From a virus, in IMG/VR virus record IMGVR_UViG_3300044501_000006, positions 1 to 44,215 of that record: a stretch of DNA of 44,215 nucleotides. One strand, written 5' to 3'. The position numbers were made by a program, and so were the translations under genes. Positions 32,394 through 41,494 of this stretch are shown one piece after another (position 1 is the first letter of the stretch; the number at the start of each line of letters is the position of its first letter). The notes beneath the pieces are model-generated. The model was given only the letters and a program-made list of their open reading frames with translations, was not told where the DNA came from and did not search any database.

Positions 32394-33628
32394 GCGTAGA
32401 ACTACGCCGGGGAGTGTTTGCGCTTGATTCTACGAAACTCGCGACCGAGACCCAGGACGTGGCATTCGGGTCAGCGTTTAGTGTTGGTCCCATCGCCATC
32501 ATGTTTTCTACGACTGGGCAGGTAGACACGACTGACGGCTCGGCGGCAGGGAGTATCCGGGGAGCGGTAGGGTTCGCGCGTTCGCTCACCGATCGTTATT
32601 GCCGTGTGGTCGCGTTAGCGGACGGCGCTGCCCCTGCGATGACGATGCGTGGTGTGACGAATGGGGCAATCGTTGTCTACAATCCAGACAACACCATCGA
32701 TTGTTCCATCGAACTCAATTCGATGAGCACGACAGGATTTCAACTCCTGCACGATAACCCTCCGGCCGCCAACATCGAAGTGCATTACGTCGCTTTTGGT
32801 GGCGACATCACAGAGGCGGATATTCTTACGGTCAACGAACCTGCTGCGACCGGATCGCAGGACTACGCACTCACCGCCTGTACTGCACCGAAATGCGCGA
32901 TCATTGTTTCCGGTAAGCCCAACGATGCCGTCACGACATTGATGGGTATCGCCGTTGGCTTTGCCGCGCCCAACCAAAATGCTGTCGTGGGGTTTTTCGC
33001 TCAGAATAATGGCGCCCGCCATCGCTACGCTTACAACGGCGAAAGCCTGATCGGCCTGGCCGCCGCGACGTGTGGTGCCCGCGCGCTTATGACTGGTGTG
33101 GCGGCCAGCCAGGTGACATTTAACTGGCTGGACCGCGAGTACACGGGCAATGCGTACACGATGTTGGTGCTCGGTGGGGATTTCTCCGCGGCAGTGTTGT
33201 CTGGAGCTACACGTACCGACGGCGCTGACATTGCATTGACTGGGGCGGGCTTTACACCGCTTGGTGGCTTGGTAGCTGGCGCATTCGGACCGGCAAGTAC
33301 GCAGGACGTGCCAGATTCCACGGGTGTAGGGATGAGTGTGGGTGCAGTGCTCAGTGCGACGGATCGCTCCGCTATCGGAGTCAGTTGTGACGGTGACGAT
33401 GCAGCGTATGGGCAAGAGTTGGATGAAGCCTACCTAAAACTGACTGTAGCCGGTGTCGTGGACGCACTAATGGATAGTGTGTCGCTCGATAGCGATGGCG
33501 CCACTTTTGTGATGGATGACACCGAGCCGACGGCTGGCTCATTCTTCTGTACACTGTTGTTGGGCGCCGCTGCAAGCGGCATCCCCGCTGGCGTGCTCGC
33601 GGCAATTCTGGGCGATGAAGGAGACTGA
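32390..33628 (+). CDS. Structural protein with three internally repeated ~125-135-aa domains (412 aa)
   Basis: ATG in an ATGA overlap. Three segments end similarly (GFQLL..VHYVAFGG / VTFNWL..YTMLVLGG / ATFVMD..FFCTLLLG). Lies in the lower-GC module. Confidence 0.7.
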   Translation: MSVELRRGVFALDSTKLATETQDVAFGSAFSVGPIAIMFSTTGQVDTTDGSAAGSIRGAVGFARSLTDRYCRVVALADGAAPAMTMRGVTNGAIVVYNPDNTIDCSIELNSMSTTGFQLLHDNPPAANIEVHYVAFGGDITEADILTVNEPAATGSQDYALTACTAPKCAIIVSGKPNDAVTTLMGIAVGFAAPNQNAVVGFFAQNNGARHRYAYNGESLIGLAAATCGARALMTGVAASQVTFNWLDREYTGNAYTMLVLGGDFSAAVLSGATRTDGADIALTGAGFTPLGGLVAGAFGPASTQDVPDSTGVGMSVGAVLSATDRSAIGVSCDGDDAAYGQELDEAYLKLTVAGVVDALMDSVSLDSDGATFVMDDTEPTAGSFFCTLLLGAAASGIPAGVLAAILGDEGD

Positions 33629-33631
33629 CCG

Positions 33632-35179
33632 ATGAGATTCGAACGTTCTTACGGTGTGGCGCTCAATACCAAGACGGCTATTCCGATTGCGCTGCGCGAC
33701 AGCACGACTGGGCTCCTGGTCCAGCCAACGTTGGCGGACACAGGTGTCGAGGCGGTAGGCACCCTCACCGTAACAGTGCAGCCGTCGAACAACGAGACAT
33801 TCACGGTCAACTCGACTGCGACCGGCGCGCACGGGGATGACAACCGGGTTTACACCTGGAAAACAACGCTCTCCACGGGCCCGACCGTCGCGAACGAAAT
33901 CAAGATTTCGGCCACCGACCTTGCTGGTTCTCTGCTCAATGCTCGTGCGGCAATCAACCGGGATGCGTCGGGCGAAGGTTCGACCGGCGAAGGGACAGCG
34001 TACAGTTGGGGCACGACTCGCCATAAGGATGCGGTGAGTGACGCCACCGCGACGGGGACCACAGTAGTGTTTCACGGTCCTGTGAGCGCGGCCGGGAACA
34101 GCATCGCCACGACGGAGACAATGGTAAACGGTTCGTGGGGTGCAGCGACGCTGGCCTCGGGGGCCGATTCCGACGTGATGATAAAGCGCGACAACAACGT
34201 CGAGACTTCCGCCTTCGCGCAGTGGACATTGTTGGGGCATGATGGCAAAGTCACCCTAACGGCGGCGCAGTTGAAAGCAGCCAAGACACGTATTCGTATC
34301 GAGGACAAGACCGGCACAGACTTCCTCGATGTGGAGCACACGGTTGAGACGACGGGGCATCACGACGCGATGGCGCCGAACGGGGTGACGCTTCAAGTGC
34401 TGCTCACCTCGCGGGGAGCGACGACCTTCACGGCGACCGATGGACAGGGCGAGCATGGAATCCTACCCAGCACTGCACTTGGGGCGCGGTTCATCAACGC
34501 CAATGCCTATGTTGTGTCCTCTGATGTTGCCGAAGACCTGGACTGTGCCGGGCTCGTGACCAACTACAGCAAGAGCGGAGCGGTGGCGACGTTTACGCTC
34601 GTTGGCGGCTGGAACCGCACGCCAACGGGTACTGCTACAACCATACGGGTCAGCCTCGTTGGTGCAGCCATCGGTGCGACGGAGAAAGTCGGGTCGCAGG
34701 TGGACGCACGGCTGCTCACCAGCACGGCCAAGGCCGTGCTCGATCTGTTCGCCGCGGCCCTTGACCAGGCCACGGGACAGTTAGATGCAGGCTCGCTCGC
34801 GGCTGGTACAATAGCAGCGGCAGGAATCGCCACCGACGCATTCACGCTGGCGAAGTTCGCTACCGACCTCAAGGCACGGCTTCTTGCCTCGGGTAGCGTC
34901 ACGCTCATTGACGCGCGGGAGGCAGCGGCGATTGCCGGTGCTGTAGCGACGGACGCCGGGAATGCGGCCACGGGTTTCGAGGTTGACACCAGCGTCGGGA
35001 CGGATGTTCGGGTTGGTACGCTTCGCCTGACTTCCGGGGCGCTTGCGGGCGAGGCGCGGCTCGTGTCGTGGACGGGGACCACCGTCACTGTGCTGTCGCA
35101 ATCGTCCATGCCGACGGCGTTGAAACAGTTCAGCGCGACCCCGGCGGACGCGGTGACGTTCGAGTTCCGGCCGCTCTGA
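33632..35179 (+). CDS. Fibre/spike-like structural protein (515 aa)
   Basis: Thr/Ala/Gly/Ser-rich, beta-rich-looking sequence; located in the tail/receptor module; lower GC. Confidence 0.7.
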   Translation: MRFERSYGVALNTKTAIPIALRDSTTGLLVQPTLADTGVEAVGTLTVTVQPSNNETFTVNSTATGAHGDDNRVYTWKTTLSTGPTVANEIKISATDLAGSLLNARAAINRDASGEGSTGEGTAYSWGTTRHKDAVSDATATGTTVVFHGPVSAAGNSIATTETMVNGSWGAATLASGADSDVMIKRDNNVETSAFAQWTLLGHDGKVTLTAAQLKAAKTRIRIEDKTGTDFLDVEHTVETTGHHDAMAPNGVTLQVLLTSRGATTFTATDGQGEHGILPSTALGARFINANAYVVSSDVAEDLDCAGLVTNYSKSGAVATFTLVGGWNRTPTGTATTIRVSLVGAAIGATEKVGSQVDARLLTSTAKAVLDLFAAALDQATGQLDAGSLAAGTIAAAGIATDAFTLAKFATDLKARLLASGSVTLIDAREAAAIAGAVATDAGNAATGFEVDTSVGTDVRVGTLRLTSGALAGEARLVSWTGTTVTVLSQSSMPTALKQFSATPADAVTFEFRPL

Positions 35180-35433
35180 TGGGGCTGAAATACGTCCTAG
35201 AGTCCTGGTGGTGGTACGCGGGGGGTGCGGTTGATCCTCTCGTGAACCGTGCATCTCGTCAGGCGCTTCCCGCGCACCGCAGTCAGCAGGGGCAGGGGAC
35301 AGGGTCCGACCTGACGAAGTATGGGGGTTACGCGGCGCACAGTCATCAGGGGCAGGGCGCGGCCGATACGTCGCCAGCCGCCGGTACGGTACCACCGACC
35401 ACGCACCAGGGGCAGGGGGCTGCTGACCTGTGA
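35179..35433 (+). CDS. Small repeat protein (84 aa) with three HxQGQG(A/T)xD units
   Basis: ATG in a TGATG overlap with the upstream stop; its stop is in a GTGA overlap with the next start. Three 20-aa repeat units. Confidence 0.5.
   Translation: MGLKYVLESWWWYAGGAVDPLVNRASRQALPAHRSQQGQGTGSDLTKYGGYAAHSHQGQGAADTSPAAGTVPPTTHQGQGAADL
35271..35417 (+). repeat. Three copies of a G-rich core (CAGGGGCAGGG) at exactly 60-bp spacing
   Basis: Core at 35287..35297, 35347..35357 and 35407..35417. Flanks are partly conserved (cagtca[g/t]caggggcaggg in copies 1 and 2). Confidence 0.9.
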
Positions 35434-36092
35434 ACTTTGATTTCACGACCTACACGGGCCTGCAGGACGCGGTCGAGCATTTTCTGAATCGGCCTGACCT
35501 GGAGGACGAGATACCGGGCTTCATTCGTCTTGCGGAAATGGACCTGGCGCGTGATCCTAGCATCGAACTGCGGATCAAGACCACGCTCGCTCTCGCGAGC
35601 AAGGTCGTGGCGTTGCCGTCCGACTGTCGAGAGCCGCTAGAGTTGTACTATGACGACACGGAGCGGCAGGGAGAGATTGAGATTGTGGGTTCGCCTGGAG
35701 AACTGGCGGACCGCAGGGCGCGGTTGGGGCTCACGTCTGCAGATCGCCCGCGCTACGCGGCGATGACGGAAAGCGTAACCGGCACGACGACGACGCTCTC
35801 ACTGATTCTCGCGCCGGAACCGAACAAGACGTACACGGCACAGTTCGAGTACGTGGCGAAGTTGGTACCGCTCGCGATCACATCACCGAACGCGCTGCTG
35901 GTGAATCACGCGGACCTGTACTTGTATGGGGCGCTGCTGCAGGCGGAACCGTTCTTGAAGAACGATAGCCGCGCGGCGGTGTGGCAGGCGAAGTACGATC
36001 GCGCGCTCGCGCAGGTGGGCGCGCTCACACGACGGCGAAAACACTCGGCCAATACGCCCATCATGCGGCCACGGCGGGTGATCGGGGGCTGA
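35430..36092 (+). CDS. Putative head-tail adaptor / virion structural protein (220 aa)
   Basis: YTGLQDAVEHFLNRPDLEDEIPGFIRLAEMDLAR resembles an adaptor-type N-terminus that recurs in podophages (recollection); position before the tail genes. Confidence 0.55.
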   Translation: MNFDFTTYTGLQDAVEHFLNRPDLEDEIPGFIRLAEMDLARDPSIELRIKTTLALASKVVALPSDCREPLELYYDDTERQGEIEIVGSPGELADRRARLGLTSADRPRYAAMTESVTGTTTTLSLILAPEPNKTYTAQFEYVAKLVPLAITSPNALLVNHADLYLYGALLQAEPFLKNDSRAAVWQAKYDRALAQVGALTRRRKHSANTPIMRPRRVIGG

Positions 36093-36093
36093 G

Positions 36094-36627
36094 ATGGCTG
36101 ACGCACTGACGACCGTGTTCGAGTTCGTGCAGCCGGAGGTGGGCGCATCGAGCAACACCTGGGGCGGCAAGCTGAACGACGACCTAGAGAGCATAGACAC
36201 AGAGGTGGACGCCGCACAGGACGCGGCGGCTGCCGCGCAGGCGACTGCTGATGATGCGTTGCCGGTCGCGGGCGGTACAATGACGGGGCTCGCGAGCCTG
36301 TTCACGTCGCGCACGTTGGTGGAAGCACTCGGCAACATTACGACTGCACAGGATTTGGACCTGGCGGGCGCGCAAGCGTTTACTGCGACGGTGACGGGCG
36401 CCGTCACGATCTCGTTCGTGAACGTGCCCTCGTCCGGGACGTTCGTGATCGGGGTTGTGATCCGGTTGACGAACGGGGGCGCGTTCGCGGTCACGTGGCC
36501 CGGCTCCGTGCAGTGGGCGAGCGGCACACCGCCCAGTTTGACGGCGAGCGGTGTGGACTTGGTCGCGATGGTCTCGTTCGATGGTGGTACCAGTTGGATC
36601 GCGAACGCGCTCTTGGACGTGTCGTGA
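36094..36627 (+). CDS. Tail-fibre-like protein (177 aa)
   Basis: N-terminus FVQPEVGASSNTWGGKLNDDLESID is a common fibre N-terminal pattern; beta-rich C-terminus. Confidence 0.6.
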   Translation: MADALTTVFEFVQPEVGASSNTWGGKLNDDLESIDTEVDAAQDAAAAAQATADDALPVAGGTMTGLASLFTSRTLVEALGNITTAQDLDLAGAQAFTATVTGAVTISFVNVPSSGTFVIGVVIRLTNGGAFAVTWPGSVQWASGTPPSLTASGVDLVAMVSFDGGTSWIANALLDVS

Positions 36628-36986
36628 TCCTATCAGAGTTGTTGATGCTGTTCGTGGGGGCCGGCGGTGTAGAACCAGGTGATCCCCCGAGTGGAGCGCC
36701 GTCCGCGCTCACGTCCAGTTATCACAGTGTGAACCTCGTGCGGCTCCAGTGGACGAACGGGGACGTGAGCGCGTACACGCGCGTGTACCGAAAGCTCAAC
36801 GGCTGTGCAGGGGACGAAACGTTATACGACGCAGTTGTGCCGGGCGTCTCGGTGTTGGATACGGGTGTGGTGCAGGGCGGCTCTGGTCAGGCTGTTGTTA
36901 CCGGCTGGGTCGTGCGCCATTTCAAGAGCGGCACTGAATCGGACGACTCGAACTGTGTGGAGACGGTTGAGGGGGACCAGGAGTGA
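36624..36986 (+). CDS. Hypothetical structural protein, Fn3-like (120 aa)
   Basis: GTG in a GTGA overlap; LVRLQWTNGDVSAYTRVYRK resembles a fibronectin-III strand pattern. Confidence 0.55.
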   Translation: MILSELLMLFVGAGGVEPGDPPSGAPSALTSSYHSVNLVRLQWTNGDVSAYTRVYRKLNGCAGDETLYDAVVPGVSVLDTGVVQGGSGQAVVTGWVVRHFKSGTESDDSNCVETVEGDQE

Positions 36987-37186
36987 ACGAACAGCAACGG
37001 GATGAACTGCTCGTGCGCGTGGATGAGCGGATTGAGGCGATTCACGCGCGGCTGGAGGACGGGGACAAGCGCATGAACATGTACTCGGGCCGCATTCGTT
37101 CGCTGGAAGCGTGGCGTAACCGCATTGTGGGCGGGCTGACTGTTGTGTCGGTGGCTCTCGGGCTGCTGTGGAGGAAGATCACATGA
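36983..37186 (+). CDS. Small coiled-coil protein with a C-terminal TM helix (67 aa); lysis-associated candidate
   Basis: GTGA-coupled start; IVGGLTVVSVALGLLW TM at the C-terminus. Confidence 0.55.
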   Translation: MNEQQRDELLVRVDERIEAIHARLEDGDKRMNMYSGRIRSLEAWRNRIVGGLTVVSVALGLLWRKIT

Positions 37187-37455
37187 ACATCGGGTCTATT
37201 GTGCGCGCGGTGACACGTGTCGTGCCGTTCGTGCGCATTGCGCTGAGGCGGGGCGCCGTGCAGAAGGCGGTCGCGGTCGCGGCCGGTTCCGTCGTGGCGC
37301 ACGTGGGTGTGGGCGCGGTGGTCACGAACGAGAACATCGTGCAGGTGCTCCAGGTGGTGGTGGAGATCATCGGCGCGCTCGCGCTCGTCGTGGCCGCGTT
37401 CAAGGGCCACAACGTAGTGATTGACCGCGCTCCGCGCTCCGACAGTATTCTCTGA
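37183..37455 (+). CDS. Holin-like membrane protein (90 aa, about 2 TM helices)
   Basis: ATGA-coupled start. Hydrophobic stretches AVAVAAGSVVAHVGVGAVV and VLQVVVEIIGALALVVAAF; charged C-terminus. Confidence 0.55.
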   Translation: MNIGSIVRAVTRVVPFVRIALRRGAVQKAVAVAAGSVVAHVGVGAVVTNENIVQVLQVVVEIIGALALVVAAFKGHNVVIDRAPRSDSIL

Positions 37456-37871
37456 TGCGCTGGGCGCTCGCCCGCTTTCTCTGCAGTTCTCATGGCCGGT
37501 TCGGGGTTCTTTCGACGGGCACCGCTGGCCTCGCGCTGTTCACGTGCGAGGACGACGCGCTCGCGATTCCGGCCAGCACCTACACGTTGCGCCGCCGTAA
37601 GTGGTTCACGGGCGATCTCGACACGTGGGAGATCACGGTGCCGGGGCGTTCGGCCATTCTGCTGCACCCAGGGAACACGGAGGAGCACACGACGGGCTGC
37701 GTGCTGCCCGGCATGAAGCTGGGTGTGCTGCGGGTTGTGAAGGATCAGGACACGGGGCGGCCCGCGCGCAAGCTGGCCGTGCTGGAGTCCAAACGCGCGC
37801 ACGCTCTGTTCATGCAGGCGACGCGGGACCAGGAGACGATGGAGTTGGTGGTGACGGACTCGGATGCCTGA
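37455..37871 (+). CDS. DUF5675 family protein (YkuD / L,D-transpeptidase-like catalytic motif); lysin candidate
   Basis: FTCEDDALAIPASTYTL....WEITVPGRSAILLHPGNTEEHTTGCVLPG matches the DUF5675 pattern T.E...IPaGtY...VPgR.gIliHpGN...dT.GCIl.G (recollection). Confidence 0.8.
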   Translation: MRWALARFLCSSHGRFGVLSTGTAGLALFTCEDDALAIPASTYTLRRRKWFTGDLDTWEITVPGRSAILLHPGNTEEHTTGCVLPGMKLGVLRVVKDQDTGRPARKLAVLESKRAHALFMQATRDQETMELVVTDSDA

Positions 37872-39888
37872 GAACGACGATCTGTTTCTATTGGAGTTCC
37901 CGCCCGGCCTGCTACGGAACGGGACCGTGTACATGGCGCGCGGGCGCTGGTACGACGGGCACCTGATCCGCTGGTACGAAGGCACGGCGTTGGGGCCGGT
38001 CGGTGGCTGGGTCGGTGTGGAGCGCGAGCAGACGGCGGCGGAAATTCAGGCCGCACAGGAAGCGAACCCGCAGTTCGCGCGTCCCACGTCCAACATTGAA
38101 TTAACGGACTCTGGTACGTTCGCGGACATTGACGAGGCGACGCCGAACGATGCCGACTATGTTCGCGCGCTGTTGGGTGACGGGGAAGTGGACGCGTGCG
38201 AGTTCGGCCTCGGCGCTGTAACGGACCCTGTGCTCCACACACTGCACACTATCACGGTCCGCATGGGAACAAACCTCCCACCTGGTCCTCCGTACCCCAC
38301 GGTGGTCGTCAGTTTGAAGGAGGGGGCCACCACACGCTACACGAGTGTGGTAACGGATGTGGCGGACGCCGTGGCGAACTACACGTTCACGCTGTCGGCG
38401 GGGGAGGCGGGCAGCATCACCAACTACACGACATTGCGTATTCGGGTCGTCATGACTGGGATTGATCCCGGTCCTAACCCGATGGCGTTGGACATCACGC
38501 AGATGTTTTTCAGTTGTCCCGGTGTGGCGGACACCGCGCTCGTGCCGGTTGATCTCTCGGGCGTACCGCGCACCATGCTCTCGTGGCGTGCGAACGACCA
38601 GCGCGCGATCCTCGCGATTGGCACGCACGAGAAGCTGTACGTGCTCTCGGAGGGTGCGCTCACGGACTTGACGCCCGTGGACGAGGCTTCGATCGTGGGG
38701 CTGGACCCTGGCAACGAGCACACGTTCGTGGCAGTGGGCCGGTACGGGATCGGCGCGTACGGGGCCGGGCTGTACGGAGTCGGCAACATCTTGCAGGGGG
38801 AACTGGTCGAGGCCGCCACATGGCAGTTGGACACGTTCGGGCAGTACTTGATCGCGTGCCCCACGTGGGACGAGCGCATTTTCTACTGGGACACGGTCGC
38901 GGACACGCTGATTGAGGTGGATGGGGCGCCTACTGCTAAGGGCATTGTCGTGACGCCTGAGGGGTTCCTGGTGGCGCTGGGAGCGGCCGGGAACGTGCGC
39001 GGTGTGCAATGGCCGGACCAGCAGACGCTGGACGACTGGATACCCACGGCCGAGAACCAGGCGGGGGACAAGGACCTGCAGACGAACGGACAGATCATGT
39101 GCGGGCGCCGCATGCGCTCCGAGACACTGATCTGGACAGACCAGGACGTGCACACGATGCGCTACATTGGTGGTACGCTCGTGTACGGGTTCGATCGGCT
39201 CGGGGACGGGTGCGGCATCACGTCGCGGAACGCGGTCGCGGTGGTGGAGGACACGAAAGCGTTCTGGATGGGGGACGACAACTTCTTTGGGTACGAGGGG
39301 TTCGTGAAGCCGATTCTCTGTGAAGTGTACGATGCAGTATTTCGCAACTTCAACAAGACGCAGCGCGCGAAGGTGGTGGCGGTCCCGAACCAGGGTTTTG
39401 GTGAGGTGACGTGGTTCTATCCGAGCGCGACGAGTGACGAGAATGATCGGTACGTGACGTACAGCTATCGGCACAACTACTGGGCGACCGGGCCGCTCGT
39501 GCGCACGGCCGGCGTGGATCGGAGCCCGTTCGAGTATCCCGTGTGGGCCGGGAGCGATGGTACGTTGTACGAGCACGAGCGTGGCACGGACTATGACGGA
39601 GAGGTGCCGTTCGCGGAGAGCGGCCCGGTCGAGGTGGGGTCCGGTGGTCGCGTGATGGAACTGCAGGAGTTGGTGCCGGACGAGAACACGCTCGGGGACG
39701 TTGCGCTCACGATCAAGGGCGCCCTGTACCCAACGGGCACGGAGCGCACGTACGGCCCGTTCACGGCCACGGAGCCGACGACGGTGCGTGTGGCCGCGCG
39801 CCAGGTGCGCGTACGGCTGGACCAGGTGACGCCCAACTGGCGTTTCGGTCCTGTGCGCGTGCGTTTGGTGCCGGCGGGGCAACGCTGA
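37864..39888 (+). CDS. Large tail (nozzle / tubular-B-like) protein (674 aa)
   Basis: Size, position, and N-terminus LLRNGTVYMARGRWYDGHLIRWYEGTALGPVGGW, which recurs in podovirus tail proteins (recollection); beta-rich. Confidence 0.7.
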   Translation: MPENDDLFLLEFPPGLLRNGTVYMARGRWYDGHLIRWYEGTALGPVGGWVGVEREQTAAEIQAAQEANPQFARPTSNIELTDSGTFADIDEATPNDADYVRALLGDGEVDACEFGLGAVTDPVLHTLHTITVRMGTNLPPGPPYPTVVVSLKEGATTRYTSVVTDVADAVANYTFTLSAGEAGSITNYTTLRIRVVMTGIDPGPNPMALDITQMFFSCPGVADTALVPVDLSGVPRTMLSWRANDQRAILAIGTHEKLYVLSEGALTDLTPVDEASIVGLDPGNEHTFVAVGRYGIGAYGAGLYGVGNILQGELVEAATWQLDTFGQYLIACPTWDERIFYWDTVADTLIEVDGAPTAKGIVVTPEGFLVALGAAGNVRGVQWPDQQTLDDWIPTAENQAGDKDLQTNGQIMCGRRMRSETLIWTDQDVHTMRYIGGTLVYGFDRLGDGCGITSRNAVAVVEDTKAFWMGDDNFFGYEGFVKPILCEVYDAVFRNFNKTQRAKVVAVPNQGFGEVTWFYPSATSDENDRYVTYSYRHNYWATGPLVRTAGVDRSPFEYPVWAGSDGTLYEHERGTDYDGEVPFAESGPVEVGSGGRVMELQELVPDENTLGDVALTIKGALYPTGTERTYGPFTATEPTTVRVAARQVRVRLDQVTPNWRFGPVRVRLVPAGQR

Positions 39889-40898
39889 TGGACATCCGCA
39901 CGACCATTCCGTCCTCGCTCGTGGAGCCGAACGCGTCACGGCGCTATGACCAACAGAACGAGGTCGCGTTTCGTCGTGAAGTACAGAACGTCATCGACAA
40001 ATTGGTGCGCGCGGCGAGCCAGACGACGAGCGCGTTCGCGGCGCACGCGCTGACGCACGCGGTGGGGGGTGGGGACGTGGTCGCGCTCGCGGCGAGCCAG
40101 ATCACGTCCGGCACGTTCGTGGACGCGCGAATCAGTGAGTCGAGCGTGACGCAGCACGAGGCCGCGCTGACGATCCTGCAAGCGCAGATCACGGACTTTG
40201 ACCATCCACTTGTGGGAGTGGACCATACAGCTTCGGGGCTCGCTGTTGGCCAGGTGCCGCGGGCCAGCGCGGCCACGACGTTCGCGTGGGCACAACTGCA
40301 ACATGGCGACCTCGGTGGAGTAACGAGCGATCAGCACCACGCCCAAGTTCATGTCCTCGACGGTGTGAACCACACCGTCTCTGGCCTGACCATCGGGCAC
40401 TTCCTCAAGGCCACGGGCGCCACGACGTTCGGCTTCGCGGCGCACGGGCTCACATACAGTGATGTGGGTGCTGCGGCCGCGAGTCACACGCATGGCCGAA
40501 CCGATCTACCGAGTGAGATCGCTTACGAGGACGAGGCGAACACGTTCAGCGCACTGAATATATTCGGGACCGGGGTGGCCGCGTCCCCCGTGTTCCGACT
40601 AGCCCCCCAGGGAGCCCCGGCGGTATTCGACATAGGTGATCTCTGGTACGAGACGACCGCCCCCGCTGGCCCCCGGACCTATACGTCTACTGGTGGCGTC
40701 AGTCGCTTCCTGTTGCACACTATCGACGTTGACCTTGCTTCTGGGAAGGTCTACAAGATCAACAGCACCCAGGTCGTCGGTGCTCAAGGCGCGGCGGTGG
40801 CGGACGCCTCGGGTGGGTCAGTCATAGATGCCGAGGCACGTACTGCTCTCAACGCTCTTTTAGCCCGCGTGCGCACGCACGGATTGATCGCCGCATGA
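39888..40898 (+). CDS. Tail fibre protein (336 aa)
   Basis: Repetitive His-containing beta segments. C-terminus VVGAQGAAVADASGGSVIDAEARTALNALLARVRTHGLIA is a common fibre C-terminal motif. Confidence 0.8.
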   Translation: MDIRTTIPSSLVEPNASRRYDQQNEVAFRREVQNVIDKLVRAASQTTSAFAAHALTHAVGGGDVVALAASQITSGTFVDARISESSVTQHEAALTILQAQITDFDHPLVGVDHTASGLAVGQVPRASAATTFAWAQLQHGDLGGVTSDQHHAQVHVLDGVNHTVSGLTIGHFLKATGATTFGFAAHGLTYSDVGAAAASHTHGRTDLPSEIAYEDEANTFSALNIFGTGVAASPVFRLAPQGAPAVFDIGDLWYETTAPAGPRTYTSTGGVSRFLLHTIDVDLASGKVYKINSTQVVGAQGAAVADASGGSVIDAEARTALNALLARVRTHGLIAA

Positions 40899-41494
40899 GC
40901 CCACTCTACCGCTCGGACGGCACGACGCCGATCGATCTCGACAAGGTACCACAGCGCACCTCGGCCACAGCCCCATTGCCGGTTAGTGAACTTGGGACCG
41001 GGACGCCAGATGGCACGAAGTATCTCCGAGACGATGGTGTGTTTGTCACACCGCCCGGTGGTAGTCAGGCGTTCCCCGTCGGCTCGGTGTTCATTGCTGT
41101 GGTCGCTACAAACCCGGCCACGCTGCTCGGGTACGGGACGTGGAGCGCGTTCGGTGCCGGTCGGGTGTTGGTGGGGCTCGATGCCGCGCAGACCGAGTTC
41201 GATGTGGTCCGAGAGACGGGCGGTGCCAAGACGCACACGCTGACTGCGGGAGAGATGCCGGTTCACACGCACGTCCAGAACCCGCACACGCACGACTTCC
41301 TGCCCCGCTCTGCGACGACTGGGGGCGTGTCGTCCATCGTGACTGGAACGCTGGACACCAGTAGCACCATCAGCGGGGCGAACCAACCACACGTCCAGGC
41401 CGCCACGCCGACGAACCAGAACGCCGGAAGCGGGGCAGCGCACAACAACCTGCCACCATACATCGTGGTCTACATGTGGGAGAGGACAGCATGA
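40895..41494 (+). CDS. Phage tail-collar-domain protein (199 aa)
   Basis: GYGTWSAFGAGRVLVG...ETGGAKTHTLTAGEMPVHTH...GSGAAHNNLPPYIVVYMWERT is the classic tail-collar / MdpB-like pattern. Confidence 0.85.
   Translation: MSPLYRSDGTTPIDLDKVPQRTSATAPLPVSELGTGTPDGTKYLRDDGVFVTPPGGSQAFPVGSVFIAVVATNPATLLGYGTWSAFGAGRVLVGLDAAQTEFDVVRETGGAKTHTLTAGEMPVHTHVQNPHTHDFLPRSATTGGVSSIVTGTLDTSSTISGANQPHVQAATPTNQNAGSGAAHNNLPPYIVVYMWERTA

Noticed and set aside
35287-35417. G-quadruplex formed by the CAGGGGCAGGG repeats
   Set aside because: The G-tract pairs are separated by about 50-nt loops, far from canonical G4 geometry. Periodic coding repeats are a simpler explanation.
38101-39939. 612-aa minus-strand ORF antisense to the large tail protein gene
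   Set aside because: Same high-GC antisense artefact (Arg/His/Pro-rich). It would interrupt a tightly coupled plus-strand structural operon.
36094-41494. Diversity-generating retroelement targeting the fibre genes
   Set aside because: No reverse transcriptase ORF was found, and I noticed no template/variable repeat pair with adenine-specific differences.
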